Positions 24,201 through 39,200 of a stretch of DNA of 64,000 bases are shown here, piece after piece. Numbering within the stretch: the first letter of the stretch is position 1; each line of letters opens with the position of its first letter. The stretch covers positions 19,406,001-19,470,000 of the forward strand of contig OZ249450.1 of the NCBI GenBank assembly GCA_965235115.1, written 5' to 3'. The stretch is from Laetmonice hystrix (Eukaryota). The notes beneath the pieces are model-generated. The model was not told the DNA's origin. It saw only the letters and a list, made by a program, of their open reading frames with translations, and made no database searches. The position numbers and the translations under genes were made by a program.

Positions 24201-27200
24201 ACCTTGACCTTCTCACTCAACATTAACATGCAGTATAGGAGATTACCAAGCAGTCAGTCAGAAGTGTTACGGAGATAGGGAGATTTCTGTCTAATATCAT
24301 GCCAACTCCAGCCGTGCTCCAGGGCCGCTACACGCGAAGTATATTATCAAGATATACTTCTTACATATTAATACAAGGCCGTCCATGGGAAAATCATCGA
24401 CTTGTGCACAGGAAAGGTTAGTCTAAATATAAGGCAAACTTTTCGGAGGTTTGAAAAACTCACGCTTCAGTGTTGGCAATTTTGTCGCTGACTTCACTGA
24501 TTTTCTCATTGGTCGCCTTGTATCTGTACAAAAACAGCAAACAGAACCTTCCCGTTGTAAAATGTGCTCTTATAATGTCAAATCAAAGGGCTAACCAAGC
24601 AATGGGATTAAATTTGTTAGTTCTGGTTAGAATGATATTGCTTGTTTTTTTAACCTCCTGTGTCCTGCCTTATAAAGGAGGAGGTAATAGATTTAGTCGG
24701 ACCGTTGAGCACAGATAGTACTGGGTCTGTAAATGAAGGCCATGGATTACCGTAACTTGGGGAGTGTGTATCTGTGTGCACACAAATAAAACAATCGGTT
24801 CTCGTCCAAAGCAAAGAGAGAATATTTTCTCATTTCTAGTCTGTTAGAAGTGACTTTTGACATGAGTAAGAGAACGGCAGGTGTGGTTTTCCGTTTCCTC
24901 GTAAATCAAACTGAATTGTTTTTTCAAAACACCTGGTGCGTCTTAAATACTAAACGCAAAAGGCATTCGCTACTATTTAAACTAAGAATCAATGTTGTAC
25001 ATATATATGCTGCCGTTTCCACTTCAAGAATCGTATTATATACATCTCTCGATAGCGCGATCCACAGATGACAGGTATTTGCACAGAGAAGGGGTTGGCA
25101 GATGTAATGTGGCAGACTAAATGATTACAAACTGGGCATCAAAACGGACGTTGGCAGGAAGTGACGTCACAACAGAGCGGGCATGGTACATTAAGGTATC
25201 AGCACATAAAATTATAAACAACACAATTAAATGTAGTGGCGGCGATGGTGTCCGACCTCGCTGATCGTCTGTGTTCTCAACTGTCCTTAATATGGCCTTT
25301 TGAGTTTTGTCCGGCAAAGGGGATTATAATATGTCCGTGTTTTAAAGATTTTCATCTTTCAGGGCCATGTACCTATAATTACTGTCTTTGGTTTTTAAAA
25401 TATCCTCCTATTCCCTACATAATCATAAACAAGACATTGTTATTTTAGTGGCAGCTGTATCAAATAAGCTCTCTCTGGCCAGCAATATTTTTTAAAAGGT
25501 TAAGCTAACAAATGCATATTTCATCGAACTTTGTAAAGGTGACTGAGAAAAAGATAGACGTCAACACTTTCTATGTGATATCATTCAGAGAAAATATCAA
25601 CTACGCCCCACGGTCAGATATAATAAATATGGTACACTTTACTGAACCATTATCAAATACATATCCTCACAGATAAAAGTCATTCATACTTCCTTTAATG
25701 GCTCGTAACACAATAGTTTGGGATCTAATCCATGCCTTATTCTAACGTCTACTCAGAGTGCGAACTACAACATCGAGTACATGCACACCAGATGGCGCTC
25801 CCTGTGCTCCACCACCAGGGGGCACTTGTTACTGGACCCCCCCCCCCCCCGCTGTGCGGGCCCGGCAGCGACCCCCTTCCCCCTCCACTTCCTGGTCAGG
25901 GTGATCCAGGTCTCTGAGCTCCCTCTGAACTGAGCCCGTGTGCTTCACTTGCCAGGACGACTAAACTGCCATGCACCGCAGGAAAATAGCCAAAGGATTT
26001 TTTTTTTTAAGCCAAGCCATTCTACTTCAAATAGATGAATCAAACAGGAAAATCAAGGTTGAAAGATGGAGGGAATTTCGACTTCTTTTACTTTTGTTTA
26101 TTGCCTCATTACATTAGCATTCACTACACTTACTCTGATAAATCAACGACAATAATTAAGTTTTGATGTCGAAATGGAAATTAATTGGCTTTTATAGTGG
26201 CTTAAGAAAGATCAGAATGAATTCGACTTGTTCGTATTTTTTTGGAGCATGTCAAGAATGTCAATCCCAATCTAAGCCAATCACACGCGAGGACACAACC
26301 AACCAATCACACGCGAGAACACAACCAAGCCAGCACAGCCGCGGGGCGCGCAATCCCAGAATGCCTTAGTGACTCACGCTTCGCTGTTCGACACCTTCTC
26401 GCCGGCCGATGTGAAAGTCGCGCTCGTTTTCTGGTACCTGTGTTGATGAAAGTAAAAAACGTCACCGGCTGAGGTAGCTAAACTGACGGCTTGGTAACCA
26501 GTTACAACAACCAGGAAGAAAAACACATTGAATTGGGGATCGTCTGGCTTGGGTTTCTTTTGTCAGAACCTGGAGAAAACAAAACCTGTCTGATTAGTCA
26601 ACTCTCATGTCTGGAAAAATAGACTGCAGCTATCTGAAATCCTCTCCTCATCCTAAATTTGGGTTCAATAAAAATGGATCTCTATGGATGAAATATGTTA
26701 CTGCTAGAATATGGCATGACACTTTGAATGATTACATGAAGCGTTGACTGACAAGGATTCCGTCCCACTTGTTAGTCAAGAGGAAAATTAGTTCTATCGC
26801 CTGCGCTGGTTCCTTTTAGGGCCGTTAGGTGGCGAGGCACACTTATTAAGGGTCGATGGGTCAATTTGTGGGTGTGACGTAAATCTTGCGTCTCTTGAGA
26901 TGACGTCACCAATTGGTTTAACCTTTTGAGGTCTCTGCTGTGACGTTTACGGATGACCGTCATTAAATCTAACGCTGAATACAAGTAGAATAATTATTGT
27001 CAGCTCACAGATTACACACACAACGGTAACACACTCCTGATCTGGTCTGCCAGTCGATGGCTCGCCAACACAAGGGCAGCCATCTTGGACACTGTCTCTG
27101 TCACCGCCTACTGACCTAGGCTGAGTGCCTTCTGTGGTGGCTGAACCTTCATGATAGAATCAGAAACCAGTTTGCCTCCATGAAGGCGGCGGTGGGGGGG

Positions 27201-30200
27201 GGGTGTGTCTCTGCCTGGTGCAGCACGATATTAATATGCTGTGTGTTGCTGTCCTCCATCAACTAGCTCTACATCTACGAGGTCCTTAAAATGATGTACG
27301 AGTCTCGTGCTTAAATTCCCTACAAACTGATATTGACTAGTCCTGACTGTGACAGATACATTCTACTGGGCCAATAAATCACTAGAGAAAGCCACTCTGA
27401 CAAAACAAGAATCCCATGTTGGGTTCCTGCTACCGCCCATGTTTCCAGGTCGGTGCCGCTAGGGGGCAGTGAGTGTCCGAAAGGTCATACTAACAGAACG
27501 CGGCCTCCATTGGTGGAGAGAGTAAATCAGCGGCTGACAATCTCCATATCTGAGGGTTTACGATCACTGCCAGATGAGGCCATCACGTGACCTTCATCAC
27601 GTGACGTCCATGAGTCATCATCTTCCAGAGGATGATGCTGTCTTGACCTCAGAGACCCGGATGCTGTGAATCCCATTGGTTGCTGAGTCAGCTCCTTGAT
27701 CACGTGATCTCGAGATATTGAAGCTAGCCGAGATTACCGACCAGGATTAACTGTGGACCAGTAATCTGCTGCCTCTCACATGGCGCCCATTTACATTTAG
27801 TTCCAATGAATATTTAATGCGTTGATTTAATCCCCCCTTCTTTTCAGGAAAATCATGATTTATTGGTGAAAATGTGAAAACATCAATGTCTTTCGGACGA
27901 TAATGTCTATCAGACATGACGACTTCACTCACAACAACGGTCCACGACAGATGAAGTGTTTTAGTGGTACTTCAGTACAAGTACTTCAGTCAGCAGATCG
28001 CCCCAACTGGCATGAATTAACCTCACAGCCTAATGTAAACATTACTAGTTGTGCATATATGCCGTTTCAATGGCGATGTTTAACAAATGAGACCAACTTC
28101 AGAATACTGATATTCTGTAGAATAAAAAGTATATTATTCATGAACCTAACGTCAACGACTGGCATCCACCGGCTGTGAAACGCCAACTCATGTATCATCA
28201 CACTGTCTCGCTGTCTCAGGGGTGTGACCAGAGAATACATGATTCGTCCTTGGTGAGAGAAGTTTCTGTATCACGTGACTACGTCAAAATTTTAACAGAA
28301 TTACCAACTCAGACGGATGATCTAATATCGTCCCAAGTCTTGAAGACATCAAGTCCCTACCTTCTACCCAATGACTGCTGAATGAACACAAGCCACTGAT
28401 CAGTGGTGAACACCCTAGTCTCAATGTCACTAACTCACACTCTGAACATGGCTTGTGTTCCCTGTCACTCCACGGATGCTGCCTGCCGTTTATTTCAAAC
28501 ATTCCCATTAAACACAAAACTTGAGCCTGAGTTTTACCACACTTTTTATATACTACTTTCTCTTTATTTTTCTGAAGGTAGTCGTGTCCTTCGAAATGTT
28601 GCCGTGAATGAAATACATTTTTAATCAGAATTCTGACATTTATCGCAGCATACCCCGGCATTTTTGTACGGCTCACTCCCTTACGTCAAAGGTCATTCAA
28701 CAAATGAAACCATTTCCGAGGTCACGGGTTGAATGCCACCCGTGTAGACAGACGCTGTGCATGGTACCACACAGGGCCACCACAGTCCACAACCAGACTT
28801 TGCGGCTACAGTTACGGCAATAGCAGCCTAGAACCAGCCAGATGAATGTTGGGTCACAAGGTTCTTTCCGACTGTTCTTTTGAACATCCCATCCGTGATT
28901 TCCCAGTCCTAACGGGCCCTGACACTTGTGGTCATCTCCTTAAACTCGGCCATATTTAGTCTGACAACCTGGGCTGGCACTGCCGTGGGCCACAGTCGGA
29001 GTTCGCGGAGAATGACGTCTAGGGTGGCCTTTGCCCAGACAGGACCCATGAGGTGTACACTTTGAGGGAGGCTATAGAGATTAGCTCTGACTGGCAAGTC
29101 CCAACCACCGCCAGCTGCCACCAACCACGGCTGTGAGTAGTTCACAGGTCTCACTCGCCAAGCCGGTATAAAGGGTTAGCCACAGGACGGCCAGCTTCCA
29201 CAGTCTGACTGGGCACACGGCCACTGCGCGGTCACTGCTAATCCCACTGGTCACTGCAAATCCTACTGGGCACTGCCTGCCTCGGATGGCCTTGAAAACA
29301 ACTGACGTCGGGGTGACAAATTATTGCCACGAGCCACTATGCAATACAGTTCTGAGTCACGGGGGGTGGGGTGGGGTTGAGTGTTTGGAAATTTCACATT
29401 CGTTCCCAATTTAGAAAGACATGAAGGAACGGGAAAGATTCTAATGAAATATCGAATATTTCTACAACTCCTACAAATTACCACAAGACGCCGGTTATCT
29501 GCAAACTTTCCGAGTTTCTCAAACTGACGTCTCAGGATATCACGACATCCAACAGACGGCTCGGGAAGAAACCCCTCCGTGTTCCAGAACATTCTTTCAC
29601 TACTCTGGATCTGACAACAGTCTGACGTAATGGACACTTGGCGACCGGTAATGACTGACTGATGATTACCCTCAAGTGACTACAATGACAGGTTCAGTTT
29701 CCGCAGTTCCAGCTCGGCTTGCTGTGATTAACACTTCTCAACCATCGGTTTCCATGTTTTAACCTTCATGGAATCGTTCTACTGTTCTCCACCACCCGTC
29801 CAATAATCTCCAACTTCCCCTGACTCTGCCAATTACATGCAGTCATCTCAGGTTTAGATATCTCAGCTTTAGATATGAAACAGGATACACATTGTATATC
29901 AAAGTGCTAGACTTGCAAAATCCACATTTCACAAGTTATCGCAAAATATTATACAATATTTCTCAGTAGTAATTGAAGAGAGAAGAGACTCTAAACCTCC
30001 ACTGTCATCACTTCTCTATAGTTCCAGAGTATTCTTTTCATCCGATTCACAAGGATTTCTTATAGACATTCAGGTGTAGGATCCTTTCTTCAGTGAACAA
30101 TGGAGAGTAACCTGTTATAAATGTTCAGCCTGTGTTCTTAGGCTTATTCTACCATGGCAAAATTTCCACAAAATTGGGGGTTCGGGTTTTGGTTTATTTT

Positions 30201-33200
30201 TTTAGATCCGGAGATCGGAAGAAGGGGTTTAGGATAGGTGTGGGGCTGGGAATTGTCACATAATTTAGTTGTTAAACCCAGTTTTCACGGGAATGTTACT
30301 ATCAATGACATTCTCACTTTGCCAGGTTTCATTGATTTTAGTGGCGGTATGTGTGAGTGCCCCATTCTCTCTGTTACAAACAAACAAAAGCCATCCAGTA
30401 ATAGAAGCCGGTCCTTTGTCTACCTCAGGATCATTAAAACCGGCCTCAACTTCAACAAAGGATGGCAATCCCCCAGGATATCACCAACTGGTTCACCCAG
30501 TAAGCACGCCCAGTTCTAGCTCAGGTGAAATGCTACCAGTCGAGGCTAATTAACGTCACTAATTACCCCGGGCTGTGATTACCCGCTGAGCTGCATTCCA
30601 TGCCATACCTTCGTACAATTTAAAATATCTCTATTTTCCGGCTTTCCAAACGCGCTAACAGCCTGATGGAGGTTCCACACAGACAAACCGAGTCCATTGG
30701 CTGTTTTTACTCAGGAAACATATCCTTACAAAGTAAAGCTTTGTTCCACACTCTGCAGCAGGTCGTCCACAGAGTTAGGGCTATGATGAAGACCCCCTTC
30801 ACACTCTGCAGCAGGTCGTCCCAGAGTTAAGGCTATGATGAAGACCCCCCTTCACACTCTGCAGCAGGTCGTCCACAGAGTTAGGGCTATGATGAAGACC
30901 CCCTTCATACTCTGCAGCAGGTCGTCCCAGAGTTAAGGCTATGATGAAGACCCCCTTCATACTCTGCAGCAGGTCGTCCACAGAGTTAGGGCTATGATGA
31001 AGACCCCCCTCCACACTGTGCAGCAGGTCGTCCCAGAGTTAAGGCTATGATGAAGACCCACACTCTGCAGCAGGTCGTCCACAGAGATAAGGCTATGATG
31101 AAGACCCCCACTCTGCAGCAGGTCGTCCACAGAGTTAAGGCTATGATGAAGACCCCCCCTTCATACTCAGCAGCAGGTCGTCCACAGAGTTAAGGCTATG
31201 ATGAAGACCCCCCCTTCACACTCTGCAGCAGGTCGTCCACAGAGTTAAGGCTATGATGAAGACCCCCCCTCCACACTCTGCAGCAGGTCGTTCACAGAGT
31301 TAAGGCTATGATGAAGACCCCCTTCACACTCTGCAGCAGGTCGTCCACAGAGTTAAGGCTATGATGAAGACCCCCTTCACACTCTGCAGCAGGTCGCCAC
31401 AGAGTTAAGGCTATGATGAAGACCCCTTCCAGGTTCGTTTCTACCTATACGATGTGTATGACATGACGGTTGAAGTTAATACAGTTTTCCTCATGTTGTC
31501 CAGGAAAAGTTTAGACTTCAAATCAATCCTTTTTCTGATCGTACCACACATATTATTGCAATGGACATTAAATCCACGAATCAAGTCCGAAGTACAGATT
31601 TTAGTTAAAACTTGAAACATTTGGTCCTACGATATAAATTCATTAGGGAATTTCAAGAGTGTGTTCTTTCAATTTGAATGAATTAAGTGCCAGCTCGGGT
31701 CTAAGCTAACAGAATTTCAGTGCTAATGACATAGTCCATCATTTATCGGATTTCGAGTTCTGTTAAAAAACAAACAAGCACACTTCAATGCAATCTTCTA
31801 CGCAGGCGGTTAGAAGCTGAGAGCTATCCGCCCGTTTTTCGCCTTTCCTTTAACAGATGTATATGGCCCTTTTTCCCGACTCGTTACGATCTAAGAGATT
31901 CCTTAATTGGAACGCCCCGACTAAAGGAGTTTTAAAACGAAACACAAAAAGAGAAACCCAATGTGGTTCTCACATGTCGTAATGCGTGGTGCACAACATG
32001 TATACCGCAGACAGAGATAGAGATAGACAGACAGAGAATCAGATACAGACAGAGATAGACAGACAGAGATAGAGACAGACAGAGATAGACAGATAGAGAT
32101 AGACAGACAGATAGAGGTTGAAACAGATAGAGAAAGGGCACAAAATAAGAAAAGTAAACAATAAGATAGGATTAATTCCCTCTCACTGGCCTGCATGGAG
32201 AAACACCAGCGTACACATTGAACGATTTTTAATCATTCTCTGTACGAAATCAGGGGAAGATTTTAATCCCGCTACATCTGCCTCGCATTAATCACTGCCC
32301 ACGTGACTGCCACAATGGATCACGTGTCGTTTCCAATATGCTCAAATCCTGATGATATATCCGGATACATAATTAATTTTCACTTGTACAGTGACTTATT
32401 TTCTCTCCCTAATGCCAAACTGCATCGCCATTCCATCCATTAATTCAGCGGTCTCTTCTTCCATAGGCATCAAGCTTCCCATCGGGAAGGAACTTCACTC
32501 AAATGTCGCAAGGCATTCCAAAACAGTAAAATTATCGGAAGTAATGTGCCGTATTTTGTTCGGAGTTCCACAAAATCACCACAACGTCAGCGGTTATTTT
32601 CACTTCGGAGAGATTCGTTCTGCAGGAAGTGTTATAACTGTAAGAAACCCGTCCTGGAAACACTTCCCATACAGCACGCATTGATTGAGTGCTAATCAAT
32701 CTAATTAAATCAAGCCTCCATGGCATTGGATTGATTTAGTCTTGATGGAACTTCCATGGTTGCTAATTAAAGCCGTTTTTCCAGTCTCCTCCGGTAGAGA
32801 ATCGAACCACCTGACGGTGCCTACATAACGGGAAACCGGTGGTGGCGGTGGTGGTGGTGGTGGATTGCTTTCCACCCCGTCAACAACAGTTGGTGAGCGT
32901 CAGGGTGAGAACAAGACTTTGTTATGACAGACGACAGAGGTGAAACCCGCACACCGGGACTACGCCTTATCGATAAGTGGCAAGGGTCCCGAGACACAGA
33001 TAGTGTTAAATGACCGGACTTTGATAACCAAGTCGGTAGTACCGGCTGAGGGGAAACCAGTCATTGTTTCTGTACTAACAATCCGACAATGCTCCCTGAG
33101 ATCCATTCTGTTACAGGAGCCCCTCTCTCCCAGGTATAAAGTCGTCGGTCGCTAACACCCAGTGATAGCGACAAGTTGACGAGGAGGGGCACACGATCCA

Positions 33201-36200
33201 GTCTGTTACAGGAGCCCCCTCTCTCCCAGGTATAAAGTCGTCGGCTGCTAACACCCAGTGATGGCGACAAGTTGACAAGGAGGAGGGGCACACGATCCAG
33301 TCTGTTACAGGAGCCCCTCTCTCCCAGGTATAAAGTCATCTGCCGCTAACACTCAGTGATGGCGACAAGTTGACAAGGAGGAGGGGCACACGATCCACAG
33401 CCTGTTACAGGAGCCCCTCTCTCCCAGGTATAAAGTCATCTGCCGCTAACACCCAGTGATAGCGACAAGTTGACAAGGAGGAGGGGCATACGATCCAGTC
33501 TGTTACAGGAGCCCCTCTCTCCCAGGTATAAAGTCGTCGGCCGCTAACACCCAGTGATAGCGACAAGTTGACGAGGAGGGGCACACGATCCAGTCTGTTA
33601 CAGGAGCCCCTCTCTCCCAGGTATAAAGTCGTCGGCCGCTAACACCCAGTGATAGCGACAAGTTGACAAGGAGGAGGGGAACACGATCCAGTCTGTTACA
33701 GGAGCCCCCTCTCTCCCAGGTATAAAGTCGTCGGCCGCTAACACCCAGTGATAGCGACAAGTTGACAAGGAGGAGGGGCACACGATCCAGTCTGTTACAG
33801 GAGCCCCCTCTCTCCCAGGTATAAAGTCGTCGGCCGCTAACACCCAGTGATAGCGACAAGTTGACAAGGAGGAGGGGCACTCGATCCACAGTCTGTCACA
33901 GGAGCCCCCTCTCTCCCAGGTATAAAGTCATCTGCCGCTAACACCCAGTGATAGCGACAAGTTGACAAGGAGGAGGGGCACACGATCCACAGCCTGTTAC
34001 AGGAGCCCCCTCTCTCCCAGGTATAAAGTCGCTAACACCCAGTGATAGCGACAAGTTGACAAGAAGGAGGGGCACGTCGTCCTGCTGCCCGTCACCGGCG
34101 ACATTTATGAGAGAGGTTTTCTATCCCGTCATTTAGTGATCTCTTTTGTTCTATTAGTCTCGAGGCTATCCGGATTATTTCGGCCAGCCTCACGTCTGCC
34201 TTGTCTGTCTCGACTAATCAGACACGAACAACGATGAAAAAAACAGGGTGCACACTTTGATTACTTCTATCTTTTTCCTTTTGTATATCAATTCAAAAAT
34301 ACAATGAAGTGCCGGATATTTGTTCGCTCCGTAAGAAACGTATCAACAAATTAATATCAGACTTTCGTGGCCATATCACATTTGTAGCTAAATATGGTCT
34401 TTTTTCAAAAGTTTCCTTACAATATTCGCTGTCAGTTAAAAATTAATCTGACAGGCAAGTACATCAACCAGGTCTTATTAATACAATTTCGGATTTCACA
34501 TAGATTCTACATCACCATGACAACATTGTAACCTGAGAAACACGAGGCGTTTAATTATCTGTAAGACTTCCTTTCATGACAATTGATGAAATCTAAAACC
34601 AAAACGGGTGGTATCAGGGGTGGGGGCGACTGGTTTCTTCCGGACCTGTCCACAACTGATGGCCAACGTCAGTTATTTATTTAGATCGGGGTGATGATGG
34701 CGATGATGATAGCGATGATACGGGAGGAATCTCACACACCGGGTAAGCACTGTCGTCTCATCGTTAAGTGGCAAGGGTCCCTTAAATTACCAACACGACG
34801 ACAGAAAGCTACAACTCATCGCCTCTCTTTGTACCGAGGGAAAACGGGTACAAATGAATCACAATATGTCTGTATCTTTTGTCCAATTTGCAGCGGACCT
34901 TACACTCCGTGAAACCGCCTAATTATTCTGATACTGTCTGCTGGACCTACTCCCCCTGACCTCCACTACCTCGGCCAACGACCAAATGGTCTCATTTTTG
35001 CGATTGGATCCCTTTTCTTGAAGAAAACAAATTGGAAGACAAAACGGACTGAACAAGAATGTACGACGGAGTCACTCGAACTACATGAAGATATGCCAAG
35101 GATTTAATGAGTGTTCAACGATGGACAAAGATAAATCCATTTGGTGGGCAGACAGCAGACTCCTACCTGACCAAACAGACATGTAATCGTTGCTGGGCCC
35201 CCGGGCCCACTAGTCAGACGTTGGTGTTTTGTTACAGCGTTCTCGCAGCGTCCCCCATCTCCCACCACGTGACCTGTCACAGCCTATCACAGACCGTTCG
35301 TTTCTCACGTGATGAACGCCTATTTATCCTCATCACTGCCGGGCATCATGAATATTCCAAATAATCTCGTCCATGTCCAATATTTGTACTCCTCCACAAA
35401 CTACCCGGAACATCAGTCCTGCTCCCCATGTAAAACCTGCCCCCGGTTATAGCTGGACGTCGCCAGATAATCCAAGGTAACAAGGCAGGAATAACCCCGA
35501 ATCTAATCCTAATCCTTTAGTTCGGTCCCCATGTAGACCACTACCAAAACACATATGCATACCTTTAGCCCTACTTCTTACCCATTTCCCCAATTTCGGG
35601 CACGGTAACAACCTATGTGAGAAACACCAAAAACATCCCTTACAGACGGCCAACCTCTAGCAATTTGACCGATCCTAATGGAGGGCCAACTGTATTTACT
35701 CGCCTTCAGGCCAGTACAGACAAAAACTTTCAAGTCCATCCAATGGTGCACAGTGGGAAGACGCACATGCAGGGTCAATGAAGGTGTCATGTCAGGTAGA
35801 AGTTGTTGTAATATTAGGCAACATCGATTTCATTCAAATGAGGTACCGCGACCCTCTTAAAATATTTGAACGGAACATATCACAGGACAAACGACACCTA
35901 AAGAAATATCTATGGTTGCCACAATGGCGACCGACTAAGTTCATAACTAGTCTTGTACACCCCGTCTCGCTCCGACAGCACACATTACATGTTTGCGTGT
36001 ATCTGTATGGTATGGTCGGTCGTCCAATCACTCCATCCACGCCCCAGTGGAGAGTATAACGGAGCGTGAAACAATCAGGGTGGACATTTATCATTATACA
36101 TCCCTTCTCCCCGACTTCCGCTTACCACCTCCTCCCCTGGGGTGTATTCAGTAGCAGGTACCGTTACAAAACGTTATGAAACGTTCTCCCGTTGACTCTG

Positions 36201-39200
36201 TAAAGTTTCATAACGTTTGGTAACCCTACGTGCTATTGAACACACCGCTGGTTTTGTCATCGATCTGTGGTGATTTCACCCTCCACATCTAAACTCCACC
36301 ATATCGTCAATGTCAACCTACCTCTCTGTCCCTCCTACACCACTCACTCAATCTATACTCGGCAAACCCTCCACATCTAAACTCCACCATATCGTCAATG
36401 TCAACCTACCCCTCTGTCCCTCCTACACCACTCACTCAATCTATACTCGGCAAACCCACCACATCTAAACTCCACCATATCGTCAATGTCAACCTACCCC
36501 TCTGTCCCTCCTACACCACTCACTCAATCTATACTCGGCAAACTCTCCACATCTAAACTCCACCATTTCGTCAATGTCAACCTACCCCTCTGTCCCTCCT
36601 ACACCACTCACTCAATCTATACTTGGCAAACCCTCCACATCTAAACTCCACCATATCGTCAATGTCAACCTACCCCTCTGTCCCTCCTACACCACTCACT
36701 CAATCTATACTCGGCAAACCCACCACATCTAAACTCCACCATATCGTCAATGTCAACCTACCCCTCTGTCCCTCCTACACCACTCACTCAATCTATACTC
36801 GGCAAACCCTCCACATCTAAACTCCACCATATCGTCAATGTCAACCTACCCCCCTGTCCCTCCTACACCACTCACTCAATCTATACTTGGCAAACCCTCC
36901 ACATCTAAACTCCACCATATCGTCAATGTCAACCTACCCCTCTGTCCCTCCTACACCACTCACTCAATCTATACTCGGCAAACTCTCCACATCTAAACTC
37001 CACCATATCGTCAATGTCAACCTACCCCTCTGTCCCTCCTACACCACTCACTCAATCTATACTTGGCAAACCCTCCACATCTAAACTCCACCATATCGTC
37101 AATGTCAACCTACCCCTCTGTCCCTCCTACACCACTCACTCAATCTATACTCGGCAAACCCTCCCATCCCTTTATAATCCTGTAAAAGGATAAACTTACT
37201 GGTAAGAAAGTAATCCTCGCATCTTTCTCCTGCTTTTGTTTCTCATCATCAGTGCTGTGTTGGAGGAAATTAATCCGCCGACATTTTGCTACAGTAAAAG
37301 TTCTCCCTGTGTTGTTTGCAGGCGGATTACATGCGGCAGCAGTCCGGATCTGCGCGTCAAACTTCCCTGCCTCCCATTAACCCTTCCACTTCTCCCAGCT
37401 AATAAACAATATCTAGTAAAATCATATTTCTTCCTTCCCAAGTTGATAATTTCAATGAGTCTTTTCTTAATAACACAACGTGACAGGAAACAGACGGTCC
37501 GCCAGGGTCTATACGTGATGACGCACACAACGCTGGCTTCAAACTTTCCCAATGTTTCACGCAAAAATGATTTCATCTAAGAATATCATTTCCAAACTGG
37601 TAGTCACTTTCAACGTCAGTCACGACTTTATTCATGAATTCCCTTTCTAACACTGTTTGAGGGAGTTAGGGCATGCACATGTCAATTAGAAAGCCATTCC
37701 GACATTTAAATTGCCACTGAAAAGTTTCAATTAAGCATCAGTAGGGCAAAAAGAGAATGACATGACGAGTGTTTGTGAGGGCGGGAAAGTGGCGGCGGAA
37801 TCGGACTGATTGAATGTAAATGTTCCTCCATCATTCCGACACTGATTGCGATCTGATCCGCAGTCTATCTTCTATCTCCAGTCGTACGAATGCTGAGCTA
37901 ACATAACTCCAGGTTACAATCAGGAGTTTTTGTGTGGTTGTTAATCACTCCCTTACTTTAATTATTGCCCGCCTCCCAGGCCGCGATAACACCGTTCAAC
38001 AGGCCTCTAATCCACTTGGACGCCGGCCTAGGCGAGCCAACCCTATAGCACTGTCAGTTTTATCATCACCATATCTTATCAAATTAACTCAGATACACGG
38101 AATCTTTGGTCCTCCACAGCCTAAAGCCACAATAACTCACCGGCTTTTGAAGCTGATTGGAGTGAGACAGCCCGCCCTTCACGTAAATATCTAAAAACGT
38201 CGGGTAAAAACTGAGGGGAGCTTTTGGAATTACTTTTTCTTAAAACCAAACTACGAGAGCGCATGGAACCTGTCAGAATATCACTGCGCGCAACAGCTTC
38301 AGAAGATCAGAGTCTAAATAACATTAGCTCCACTAAATCTACACCAAGACAAATAGTAGAATGACAGCATCCATGCCATGCAGAATCAAAATCGTCATAT
38401 CATTACTATTAGAGAGAAATAGTGCCAGAACATGCTCTATTTATAACACAATATATCCAGCGTAGCATTAAACCATATCGTTCATTGACTCTTGTCACGG
38501 TTCAAACATTCCCTCATACTACAGTTTGCTATATCACAGATAGCTTCTACTCGTATCCCTGTGACAGACAGATCTCGCAGTGTTACACGTTGTATCTCTC
38601 CCTTGCTATATCACAGATAGCTTCTGCTTGTATCCCTGTGACAGACAGATCTCGCAGTGTTACACGTTGTATTTCTCTCTTGCTATATCACAGATAGCTT
38701 CTACTCGTATCCCTGTGACAGACAGATCTCGCAGTGTTACACGTTGTATCTCTCCCTGGCTATATCACAGATAGCTTCTGTATCCCTGTGACAGACAGAT
38801 CTCGCAGTGTTACACGTTGTATTTCTCCCTTGCTATATCACAGATAGCTTCCATCCCTATCTCTGCTCGTATCCCTGTGACAGACAGATGTCGCAGTGTT
38901 ACACGTTGTATTTCTCCGTAAGTTGACACCGTAAGATACCGACATGATTCATGAGACAGAGTACACACATAAAACATCTACTCGGTGAAGTTATTACCAG
39001 GAGACAAGAAACGATCGCAGAGAATACCCAGTATCTTCTGAAATTACACCCCACCCCTCCACAACACCCCCACACCCCCTATCTCACCCCTTCCCCAATC
39101 TGAACCCCTCCCCCGTCCCTCATACTAACGGTGTGGATCACCCTCCCTCATTGAACCCCCCTATGGCAGTCATAAGCTGGCCGATTAAGCCCCCCACGAT

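Noticed and set aside
24090-24310. tgaccttgacct-rich segment (also about 2870-2900) resembling mollusc Helentron-associated repeats
   Set aside because: Could not identify sub-terminal inverted repeats or a terminal hairpin, so it was not called
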